Below, in pieces: positions 38,204-48,948 of a DNA stretch of 57,740 nt. The translations under genes were made by a program, and so were the position numbers. The stretch is from Harriotta raleighana (lineage: Eukaryota). The stretch is from assembly GCA_050575255.1 (NCBI GenBank), contig JBNZDD010013729.1:229260-286999 (forward strand). The letters run 5' to 3'. Under the pieces are notes generated by a model that had not been told where the DNA came from, ran no database searches, and saw only the letters and a list, made by a program, of their open reading frames with translations. The stretch's first letter is position 1, and each line of letters opens with the position of its first letter.

Positions 38204-38845
38204 AGCAACAGCAACAACAACAACAAAATTACATTTATCGAGCGTCTTTCATGTCGGGAGGTCGTCCCAAGGCGCTGAACAGTCAGGTCGGGGAGGGAAG
38301 GGGAGGGAAGGGGAGGGAGAGAGGTGGGAGGGCAGCAGAAAGCATGATCAAAAAAGAGGAACTTGAGACCGGCCTTGAAGGAGGGCAAGGGAGGGAGCGA
38401 ACGGGACTGTGGAATGGAGTTTCAGAGCATGGGGGCAGAGAGGCTGAAAGCCAGGCCACTGATGGTAGGGTGGGTTGGGCGGGAGCAGACGAGAGCCCGC
38501 TGAACAGAAGGGGCGGGCAGGTTGATAGGGAGTCAGCAGGTCGGAAAGATAGGAAGGGTCAAGGCCGTGAATGGCCTTGAAACTGAGGACGAGGATCTTT
38601 ATTCCGATCCTCTAGGGGATGGGGAGCCGATGGAGCTGGGCGAGGGTGGGAGGGATGTGGTCGTGGCGTTTAGTGCGGGAGAGGTTACGAGCTGCAGAGT
38701 TCTGGATGATCTGCAGCTTGTGAAGGGAAGAGCCAGGAAGGCCAACGAGGACGGAGTTTCCGTAGTCGAGCTTTGATGTGACGAATGCATGGACGAAGGT
38801 TTCGGCAGCCTGAGGAGTGAGGCAGTGAAAGAGTGTGGAGCGTTC
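38204..38845 (-). mobile_element. L2 LINE, well-preserved ORF2 C-terminus and 3' tail
   Basis: ORF 38612-38899 gives LTPQAAETFVHAFVTSKLDYGNSVLVGLP..LHKLQIIQNSAARNLSRTKRHDHIPPTLAQLHRLP; (GTT)n tail at 38204. Confidence 0.95.
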
Positions 38846-38861
38846 AAGGATTAAGTGTGGA

Positions 38862-38970
38862 CAACAATTATCCTTGCATGTTATACTGTGCCCTATCACA
38901 TCTTTGAGATGTCACAAAGCTTTTCACAGAATATACTGTAAATTAAATGACTGTATATTTTGTGGGTGAC
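38862..38970 (-). mobile_element. SINE tail fragment
   Basis: TCCTTGCATG...TTCACAGAATATACTGTAAA...GACTGTATATTTTGTGGG. Confidence 0.75.
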
Positions 38971-39403
38971 AAGTCTGTTTGCTATGTGTCTGCATGTCCT
39001 CCCAACGTGAATGGTTCTATATCAATGTAATTTTGTTGTTATCTGGCTCCAGTTATTAGACTTTGTGCTATTCTGGTTCTTTGAAAGTGAGGAGTGGTGG
39101 TGGGGGCACAGATGAGATATCATTTGTATTCATCAAGATGATAACAATTTTGCAATACTTTTGGCTTCAGCTGTGGTTTAGGAATGAGTTAAACTGTCCA
39201 GGTTTTCCTACTGCTGCAACTAACCAGTAGGCCAAGTTAGAGGTGAATGTCTTTGACCATTTGATGACGGTAGGATCTTGCTCATCTGACGTCCCATGTA
39301 GTTACATAGTCTGTCGACACTTTCTCTGTCTGTTTCCTGGGATCCACTATGAAGAATGGCACCACATCCAAACGATTCAGTGCGTCTTACAAGCATTTAA
39401 CAA

Positions 39404-39703
39404 GCCTTACAAGTCCTGTGTTCGAATCTAAGCAGATCAGGGCGAAACCTTGGGCAAGTTTCCTTACTCTACATACACGCCTAATAATAATCCGTCCCAA
39501 AAAACCCAACAGCAAAAATTGGTCATTTCAATCCATGACTGTTTATGGGGACTTTGCTGTGCGCAATTGGCTGCTGCGTTTCGCCCACAAATATATACAG
39601 TCAATTCACTTGACAGTATATTCTGCAAAGCGCTTTGAGACGTCGATAAGATGTGAAAAGCGTTATATCAAATGCAAGGATTATTACTATTATTATTATT
39701 ATT
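39404..39703 (+). mobile_element. SINE2-1_CM-like SINE, nearly full length
   Basis: CCTTACAAG..GTGTTCGAATC B box, core, and GTGAAAAGCGTTATATCAAATGCAAGG(ATT)n. Confidence 0.92.
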
Positions 39704-40090
39704 AAGGGGAGACATTTAGATAGCATGGTGAAGAAATTTGGAAAGGCGGAGAGAGAAATGGGGGGCGGGGGATGAAGAGAAAGTGAAACCGGATAAGANT
39801 ATTAAGGGGAGACATTTAGATAGGATGGTGAAGAAATTTGGAAAGGCAGAGAGAGAAATGGGGGGCGGGGGATGAAGAGAAAGTGAAACCGGATAAGATT
39901 TAATTTGATACTTGGCCTTATCACAGAATCATTTCATCTGGAAGTAACTCTGTAATATGGTGGGGTGCTTGTTCTATGGAATTCAAGTGCAGAATAACTG
40001 GGTAATTTAAGAACTGAGCCGATTACTCTTAGACAGTACCTGGGAATAGGTTCTACACAAAACTTTGAAAATACAGTAATTTAATCTGGC

Positions 40091-40305
40091 GGAGGGAAAG
40101 AAAGAGAGAGAGAGAGAGAGAATCTAAAAGGGAGACTAAATGAGAAGAGAAAGAGAGACTAAATGAAAAGAAACTGAGAGCGGGAAAGGGAAGGAAAGAG
40201 AGAACGAGCAAAGTGGAGAAAGGAAAAATTGGGAGAGAAGAAACCAGTGAGCAAGAAAAAAAGGAAAAAGAATGGGGGGGGGGGGAGGGGAAGAGAAAGT
40301 GAAAA
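40091..40305. repeat. Purine-rich low-complexity tract with (AG)n
   Basis: About 210 bp strongly dominated by A/G on the + strand. Confidence 0.85.
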
Positions 40306-40804
40306 CATTGTACAAATTAAGTACTCTCAAATTAAAGAGTATAAATGTATTTATTGATGCCTACTGACTAACACCCCTAGATCTCCAACTTGACGTAATT
40401 TGAGTTTTGCATTTCACACTACAGTATTTGGGGGCTTCACAGTTGGACAAAAACTTCTTCTGACAAGATGCATTGAGTTTATTTCAACGTTTTCCACTTT
40501 GACTCTATATCTGCCTTTAACAGTGTTGTTTATGTTACCACCAAACAGCAATGCCAGTCACATTGTTTCTTGGGAACTGAGTCTATTTGAACTAACTGGG
40601 GTGGGTGGGGTGGGGGGAGATGGGTGGGGGAGAGGGGGAGCTGGAGGTGGAGAAAGAGTGTCATCCCTAGATCATAAATTGTAGCTTGTTGGGCGGGAAA
40701 ACCCAGCGACAGCAAAACAGAGGAAAGTGATCACCCAGGCCTTTATGTGTAAATATCACTAACACCATCAATCACAGTGGGGTAAAGGCGAACACTGATG
40801 TACC

Positions 40805-40834
40805 TGTAATACTAGATGTCCAGCAGATGGCAGT
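40805..40834 (+). promoter_or_regulatory. Candidate CTCF site with upstream motif
   Basis: Core TGTCCAGCAGATGGCAGT (CCASYAGRKGGCRS) at 40817-40834, preceded by TGTAATAC at 40805-40812. Confidence 0.6.
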
Positions 40835-41035
40835 TGCAAGCAGTTTCCAAAGATCTACATAAAACTAATTGAAGTGAGGTCTCAATCGCACCTCATCCAC
40901 CACCGATGGGAAATACTCGCCACAGTTCAATGAATGGCCAACAAATGGAACTGACAATTTTGAGTATCTACGAATAGATCTGCCAATCAGGCAGAGCAGA
41001 ATTCTGCCGTGAAGATAATCTGCTCGTCCCCAAGT

Positions 41036-41102
41036 TTTGTAAGGGCTCTGGGACTCTATCCTGCCTGAGGGGCGCTATATAAATGCAAGTTGTTGTTGTT
41101 GT
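41036..41102 (+). mobile_element. L2 3' tail
   Basis: GGGCGCTATATAAATGCAAG(TTG)n. Confidence 0.75.
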
Positions 41103-41149
41103 CGATGAGACACAGGCACAGGTGGCTCCTCGGTCCATTCACTGGTTGA

Positions 41150-41412
41150 AATCACTACTGTTTGTCTATAAAGCCTGGACAGGGAGTGTTAGTGGTGGGT
41201 TTGGTCATGAGAAGGCATCAGAGCTGAGCTTGATGCTGCTGTGACCCAACACCCACAATAAGGTACTCAATCGTGATTGGGAATGATTTCTCACTCTCCT
41301 TAACTCAGAGGCATCGAGTTTCCAACTGCAGCGTCTGCCTTGCAAGTAACAGCCAACGCAGCACAGACTGACTAGTGTCCACGTGAAACTGGCAGAAAAT
41401 CAACTGAGCCAG
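41150..41412 (-). mobile_element. AmnSINE2-like remnant
   Basis: AGCCTGGACAGGGAGTGTT...GGCATCAGAGCTGAGCTTGAT...GCAGCACAGAC...ACTGAGCCA, collinear with the 30.5-31.1 kb copy. Confidence 0.55.
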
Positions 41413-42239
41413 AAAATCTATTATAGCAAACGCATCCATGGATCTGCATGCCCATATGTGTTGGCTGTGTGTGCATGTGCTGGTAATGTATGTGTATGGA
41501 GTTTGACACAGACAGGAGATACTGTGTCTATCAGTTGCATGTAAGTGTGCGTTGTTTGTTTGTGTATGTCTGTGTCTGCTGGTTGTGTCTTTGTTTTTGT
41601 GGTTTTGTGCGTATCTGGTCCGTTGTTTGTTTGAATGAGCTTCCTGACCGATTGTACATGGCAGGATTGCTTGCAGTGTCTGCTTTCGATAGATTCCATT
41701 ACGTAAAGTTTGTGGTACAGGTCTCTGAGAGCGTGAAGCAATTTTAAGTTTGCAGAAGGTGCTTCATTCAACGAGGCAGTGTACGTACGCACACCCCCCT
41801 CAGGTCACAGAAAGACACCTTGCCAAATCCGCCCTTGTTACCACAGGCCAAGCTTCAGGGTGTAGCACGGACTAATATGCATGAACAACGCCTTGAAACT
41901 CTAAAAGTCAAATAGAGTTCATTATCTCCTCCAGTTTAATATTTAACGTGCCCCAAACACTTTGCAATGTGCTATCGCAAACACCATTCCAGCACACACC
42001 ATTCCAGCTTTTGTCTTCTTCTGACACTGCAGATGGGCCTTGCTCGCAAATACCTTTCAATAGTTGTTTGACAAGCTCACCTGAAGTGAAAGAGCAAACA
42101 AAAACCAAAAGGCTATTCTTTACAACTGTCCTATCTGGCTTTTGAAAGCAGCCAGCCTCTTTGCAAATGATCTGCTGCGTATTTTTACTTATACCACAGA
42201 ATATTTTTTGGATGTGTGGTCTTCATGCTTACGGTCACC

Positions 42240-42365
42240 TTTCCCCTCCCGCTGGCTCGGCCTTGGGCTCCGCCATTACGAAGCGCTCTGAGACACCGCC
42301 TGGCGTGGAGAGTGGGGGTGGGGGTGGGGGGGTGGTCATGGAAACTCAAGTTGTCGTCGTCGTCG
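42240..42365 (+). mobile_element. L2 3' end (subfamily shared with 20.4 kb)
   Basis: CTGGCTCGGCCTTGGGCTCCGCCATTACGAAGCGCTCTGAG...CAAGTTGTCGTCGTC. Confidence 0.7.
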
Positions 42366-44794
42366 GTGGTGTTGAAATTGATGAAAGGGCAGCCAGCCGT
42401 CAGGGCAGGTAAAAAGCAATTAGCAGCCAACCTGTTGCACAAAGCAAACAGAACGTTTGGCTCCCCTTTCTCAGCCCTTTGCTGTTTCCAGAGTGAATCA
42501 TTCTCTCCCGAACAGATTTATGTTTATGTGGACAATCTGTCAGCCACCTTTTACAACAGACAATGCCAATTTTAGAGGGGAGTGTCCGTCTGAAGGAGAA
42601 CTTTTTTTCTTCTGCTTTACTAACCATTGCTGTCACGGGCGTTTGTCATTGGTCTGGTGATTGATTAGTATATAATAATGTTGATTGCAATCACAAATCG
42701 ATTCACAAACCAACCCCGCCCCCTCGGCCTTCCTCCCCGAAATCCTTTAAAACTGAATCAATCTCTAATAAAGAGAACTTTTTTTAAAAAAAATCTCGCG
42801 TCTCACTGGCACAGATAATTGAGCTCTCATCAATCGGAAGGCTATGTNCCCTTCCTCCCCGAAATCCTTTAAACCTGAATCAATCTCTAATAAAGAGAAC
42901 TTTAAAAAAAAAAAAAATATGCGTCTCACTGGCACAGATAATTGAGCTCTCATCAATCGGAAGGCTATGTTTTCGAGCCCCTACATCTGTTATTCTGCCT
43001 GTGATGTACTGTGGGACCTTCCAGGCTCGAATGGGAGTTCAATGTTTTGCTTTAATTTATTCCTAACAAAAATGACTAAAATTTAGTCTTGGGTTTGGAT
43101 TTGGGGTTTTTACAGAATGTTTTTTTTAAAAAAATCACAACAAATTCCTACTTTAAACCTTGCAAACGANAATGACATTCTTGTGGTTTTTAAAAAAAAA
43201 TTATTTCATTTTAATCTGCGCTTGTCCTTAAATCAGAAGGAACTCACTCCCGCGTGTAGTAAAGAGAAATAAAGGCAGATGGATGAATCTCGAGTATATA
43301 TAAGAGGGACATGTTTGAAGAAGCGAGGCCAGAAGACACATTGGTTGGTATCCTGGCCTGACTGTACCGACAGTAAAGAATCCCCAGAACATCACCAGTT
43401 AGTGAGCAGTCCCTAGCCCAGCACCAGCAGTAATTACATGGCTTCTCAGTCAGATGTTGTAGATGTTATTGAACGCTAGAAGAGAGTCTTTAAATGGGGC
43501 GATGGGGGTAGGGGGTGGGGTAGGGCATCACCAGCTTTTTAATTAAGCGTATTTATTGAGGACGCAAGCAGACTTTCAGATTGGGCTACTATTATAGGAG
43601 CAGGATTCCTCTCTGAGAGTTTTATGTAACTATGGACACGCTTTCAGAAGATATTTTGTTGCAGCTGTTGGTTAATAAAGAACGGAAAATCAAACAGAAC
43701 TTGAGAAGGACGTTGCGTGGCATCATCTCTGCTCTTGGGAGACGGAAACACATTCCCGTCTTTCCAGCGTGAAGCATCCCGAGCCCGGGGAGAGCGCAGA
43801 TGAGATGCAGAAGCTTTTTTAAAAAGGCTCAGTGGCTGGACGTGTCTGTGACGATGTGGGGAGCGCTGGGATTCTGCGAGGCTGCCAATTCTCTTTTGTT
43901 CGATGGAAGAAGATCAGGCATTGTTATTAAGCAGCAGTCCCCCCCCCACCCCCCCACCCCTACCCCTACCCCAGCATCTCAAGAAAAAGTGAAACAGGCT
44001 CTGTTAAGAAATTACACGTCGGGAGGACGTCACAAGTCAATCAGGTGACAAGAGCTGCAGCTTCAATACAATTATCAGTGCTCTACTTCGTTACCTCTCT
44101 TCCTGTGGGAAGTGATAAGTATGTAAAAAAAAACTGTGGGTGGGTGGGTGGATGGGTGGGGTGTGTTGGAGGCTGAGGACATCACTGTGGTTCATCACTC
44201 TGAGACTAGCGTTCCTGAACGACATCTCCTTCAAAGGGCATTGATCACTCTGATCACTCCGCGTCCTGAACAAATCCCAATGGTTAATGCACGGACCCAA
44301 TATTGACCACATAGGGTGTTGCTCTCCCAAGGTGTTGCTCACGCATGGGTCTAACATTCATTCATCAGCATTAATGAATGTTCCTTTTAAAAAGTCATCT
44401 CAAGTACATAGACAAAGTCACCATGAGCCAGTAACCCACTCTGATTCACTATCACTAGATCAAACATTTTAATAGTTAGCACAAATGTTTAAACCCAGTT
44501 GAAATAAGATTCATTACGTCCCTCCTTCAGAGGGTTTTTGCAAATACAAGGATTTTTATCATTGTTATCTGACAGTTGTTGTCAAGGTGACTAGATGGAC
44601 GAGGCATGGCTTTGATGTCCACTCACACAAGACATGTTCAACTGAGACCAACTTTGAGGAGACAAGGAGGTGTTTCTTTCTGTGTGTTCTCTAACACACA
44701 GCCGCAGGCTAACCCATCACTGAGCCCAGCTCTGAAGGAATTAACTCGCTCATAATCCCAACTCTGCCACGTATCTCAAGAGAAAACTTTAATT

Positions 44795-45421
44795 CAAGAA
44801 CTTTCCTTCACCTCTGCCACATGGCCTGCCTCCGACCATACCTCACACCCACTGTAACCACTATCCACACAATTGGAACTTTACTCCTCAATTTTTCCAT
44901 TGCCCTCCTACATGCTCTCCTCAGCTACACTATTCAAAAAATCCAATTAATTCAATTGGAATTAATTCCATATCCTCATCCATTCTCATATCTGTACCGA
45001 CCTAATCTCAATCCTCGCCTGACTCCCTATAGCACAATTAACTGTATTTCAAGATCCTCACACTCACGTACAAATCACTTCATGCCTTGGCACCTCTCTA
45101 CTTCTCCAACACAGTTACACTTCACTCCTCTACCCACCCTCTTCTCTCAGTTGCTCCGGCCTCCTTCTCATCCTTCGCCCCTTCTGCTCTGTCATTGATG
45201 GCCAGCGGCTTTCAGCCACCGTGCCCTGAAAATCTAGAACGTTTTGCATCATTCCCTCCACATTGCACCCCTCCTTAACAGTCTTAATAGATTAGCTGAA
45301 GACCTGAAAACTTTCCTTTTCAACCAACGTTGGCCTCCCCTCTCTCACTGGCTTGGCGTCCAGCTCCATCACAGAGACACTGCCTCGCATGAAGGGTGCT
45401 ACGTAAATGAAAGTTGTTGTT
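44795..45421 (+). mobile_element. Degenerate L2 LINE 3' region
   Basis: LRPYLTP and IQKIQLIQ in ORF 44821-45198, FKILTLTYKSLHALAP in a shifted frame, and tail GGGTGCTACGTAAATGAAAG(TTG)n. Confidence 0.85.
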
Positions 45422-46289
45422 AACGCCTTCCACGTTATAAGAACCCTCTGTGCGAACAGTTTCTTTTTTTTTTCCCCTCCTCTCTCCTTTGAGCTCAAAA
45501 GCCAAACGACTTGATAGTCTACGTTGGCTGGTCTATATTCCACGTACCCTTGTCTGTAGTGTATGTATCCCAGTCTGTCTCTGTCTGCCACCTGCACTCA
45601 ATGACTGATGTGTCGCTTTCAGTTCCTGTCCCCTCGTGCACAAATTCCATTCATCATTGCTGCTAACTGATGAATTTAATTGATCTCCGAGTTTCTCACA
45701 ACTGCAGCACCTCGGAGGCCATTGTCATTGGGAAAGGAATGTGTGTGTGCTTTTAAAACTCACACCCCAGCTTCGCTGGCCCCAGTCCAGCTGTACATTA
45801 TCACCACATACTTTAATGGAAGTGTTTATGGCTCTAATGCTCTAATCAACAGAAATGGGCAGATTTGAAACAAAGTTAAGAGAACGGATGGAGGTAGCTT
45901 TGCAACTGATCTGTCACTGTCTTATCAGTGCTGTTAGATTGCTGAAACATGCAGAAGGAAATCGATAAAGAGTTTATAGCACACAAAAATGTTTTGGAGC
46001 TATTAACAATTAAAACTGTACCGTTTCAAAAGCCTGAACTGATCTATCTCATTTCCTCCTCCCTGAGTAAACATATTTAATCCCCTCCTCTCCACCCAAG
46101 GCCAGATAGTGAGCCTTGATTCAAGCACTTGAAGACTTTCACCATGGGGGATTTGCACATAGAAAACAAGCCTTAAACTGAATCCCACCAGAAAGAAGAG
46201 TTAGTAACAAGGTAATGGTTCTCGTTCCATCCAGTGACCACTGCAGGCAAAATAAGACAAAAAAAATCTATCATGATCTAATCATTTAG

Positions 46290-46340
46290 AATAAGTCCGT
46301 GAGCTGAATGGTCTTCTCCTGTTCCTATGAATGTTCCTAT
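46290..46340 (+). mobile_element. CR1 3' terminus
   Basis: GAGCTGAATGGTCTTCTCCTGTTCCTATG..TGTTCCTAT. Confidence 0.6.
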
Positions 46341-46379
46341 TTTTCTTGTGAGGGACAGCATGGTGAGTGTGGGCAAAGT

Positions 46380-46442
46380 ACAACAACAAAATTACATTTA
46401 TAGAGCACCTTTCACGTGAAGTGGACGTCCCAAGGCGCTGAA
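46380..46442 (-). mobile_element. L2 3' tail
   Basis: ACAACAACAAAATTACATTTATAGAGCACCTTTCACGT...GTCCCAAGGCGCTGAA. Confidence 0.85.
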
Positions 46443-46574
46443 ACCCGACCCCATACGTTGCTCTTCAACAGCAAATTGCAGACAGAAGATACATGAAGTT
46501 TTACTGTGGAAAAACTTGGGGAAGAGGCAAGAGTTGGGATTAAATCATCTGCCACTTGAATGCTGTAAAATTAC

Positions 46575-46665
46575 AATAATAATAATCCTTGCATTTGATA
46601 TAACGCCTTAGCATGTCGATGAGACATTCTCAAAGCACTTCGCAGAATACACTGTAAAGTGGAGT
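46575..46665 (-). mobile_element. SINE tail fragment
   Basis: AATAATAATCCTTGCATTTGATATAACGCCTT...CTCAAAGCACTTCGCAGAATACACTGTAAAGTG. Confidence 0.8.
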
Positions 46666-46689
46666 GAAATATGTAATCCACTGCCAGAA

Positions 46690-46875
46690 CATCTCAAATC
46701 CTGCCCTCCCTTTCAAGTCTACGTGCACATGTATTTTCCAGCAGAGGCCATTTAATGGTGATTAAAAGTAGCGACCTTGCTTGACCTCTGTACTTCATTT
46801 ACTAGCTTGGGATGCGGAGATCAATTCCTTCTGCCCTCTTGCTGTTCACCTGCCATCAACTGATTCAGATGAGAT
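46690..46875 (-). mobile_element. AmnSINE2-like remnant
   Basis: ATCCTGCCCTC...TTCCAGCAGAGGCCA...GGTGATTAAAAGTAG...ATCAACTGATTCAG. Confidence 0.45.
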
Positions 46876-47084
46876 TAACTGACTTTCATATCAAAATCAA
46901 ATCAGTTTTACTGGGAGTGCAAAAAACAAATTTGCCTGACTGACTCCTCCGTCCTTTGAATGAGATGTTAAAACGTACGTTAAAAGATTCCTCAGCCCAA
47001 TTCTGAAAGAGAAGGGAGTTTCTCTCAGTGTTCTTGGCAAAATAATTCCTCCAAATAAAATTGATCCCTAGTTTGTTGGGCATT

Positions 47085-47203
47085 ACTGTGTGCAAACCAG
47101 CTGCCATGTTTCACTCCACTTTACAGCGTATCCTGTGAAGCACTTTGAGAAGTCTCATCGACATACAGGCGAAGGCGTTAGATCAAATGTGAGGATTATT
47201 ATT
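47085..47203 (+). mobile_element. SINE 3' fragment
   Basis: CACTTTACAGCGTATCCTGTGAAGCACTTTGAGA...ATCAAATGTGAGGATTATTATT. Confidence 0.75.
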
Positions 47204-48925
47204 AGAAATTTACAGCATTCAAAACCCGGAGGATTTCATCCCAACTCTTGCCTCTTCCCCAAGTTTTTAACAATAAAACTTTATGTATCTTCTGTCTGCA
47301 ATTTGCTGTTGAAGAACAATTTATGGGGTCGGGTTTCTGACTCTGAGCTTCCTGATGTTGAAAAATATCCCATTTCCTCCTGTGCTCTGATGTCTCTTTC
47401 ACGTTTGGTCGCTTTTACATCTCATTGTTTTGCTGTGGTAACAAGGATTACAGGGAAGCTAACACGAAACGCCTTGGGCTAAATGAAAACCAATATAGAC
47501 CTGAATTGTGGGCCCAATGCTGATGTACTATCATCTGCTGATTGCCTGAACATTTAGGCAATGACTAGTGCAAATTGGCATCTAGTCTATTGCGTTGACA
47601 GTCACTGCTATCCTCAGGCTACGAATCGAGAATTTGATACGCACCAAAATAATGTTATATACTGAGCAATATTAACCTCAGTAATTAAACTGTAAACATG
47701 ATTGATAACCTCATTCTCAACCTTGCGTTTCAAGACATTTGCTCCAAAATAAGAGTGAAAAGGGAAAGTTTGCTGTGGAAGATTTTTTTAAAACTCAAAA
47801 GAAAATGTTACTCTCACTGTCAAACCTCTGTATACTCCTGTTTGGCATTATTTTGCTTCCCTCAGGTCCTCTGCCTTTGAAATAGTGTCCCTGACACTTT
47901 GCCCAAATTGGCTCTTTCTTCCTACATGAGATGGGACCGTACCAGGCAGCAGAATATTGGACCAAGTGTGTTTTTTGGGGAGGGGATGTGGGAGGAGAAG
48001 AGGAAATAGGTCCCAGCCAAACACAATCCAGTCTTCACCCATTCCTCATCCAGGAACTCATTTGAAAGATGGCAACTTTGATCCAGTCTCAAGCACTATA
48101 TTAAGAGAATCAGCTGAAACTGTGAGTTCAAAGTCCTGAAGTGAATCGACAAGCTTGTGACTCAGAGGCAAGAGAGTTACCAACCAACTGACACAGGCTG
48201 ACACCCAGCTAGTCGGGATCCCATTAAACTTACTGAATATAGAACTTAGTCCGCAACAACAAATTCAATGCACAGTGAGTGTCAAAACAATAACGCACAA
48301 AGCACAAAATGGAGAGACGGCCGACGACCAATTGAAATTTGTCGGGGAGAAATGGAAACAGGCAGTAAATTGTTGGAAATCGAATTTGTGTCATAAAACG
48401 GTTCTGATCAATATTGTTCGCGGTCAAAAGAATTGCTTAGAAAACACTCCTCACGAAGGAGGTCCTGAAGATGAGCCAGTGGGTGAGGGCTGGGGGTCTT
48501 ACTGCCTTTGTAGCCTGGACCTTGTGCGGTCTTGGTGTTTAACATTGGTGCGGTGTTTGAATTACTAGGTGACTTTGCTCTTGGACTGTTTCTGCTGTTG
48601 TAATTTAGCCAGGAGTGAAGGAGGAAAACTCAAGTTTCCGTGCCTATGCGAGGAGCTTGTGGCGGTTGGAGGTTGACCCCAGTCTAACTCAGCACGAGAT
48701 GTTACGCTTGTTGACTTTAACCTTTTAAACCCACTGCCACATTCCAACAAGCCTCACTGACCACTTGTTAAGCCAGCCCTGGAGTGAGTCACGTTTGTAT
48801 TGTAAAGCTGGCTTGTTTTTAATGCAATAATTAATCAGTGTTGACACAAAGCCATGTCCGGCCTTCTCAGTCATTATTTTAATTACCTATTTATATGGCT
48901 GAGGCTCCAAGCATCTCATTAACAA

Positions 48926-48948
48926 ATTTGCATGTTTGCATAACAAAG
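48926..48948 (-). promoter_or_regulatory. Octamer plus SOX-POU composite motif
   Basis: ATTTGCAT followed by GTTTGCATAACAAAG; the latter reads CTTTGTTATGCAAAC, a 14/15 match to CTTTGTTATGCAAAT. Confidence 0.45.

Noticed and set aside
38149-38580. 143-aa ORF with a poly-Q run
   Set aside because: It is the antisense reading of an L2; the poly-Q comes from the (CAA)n tail.
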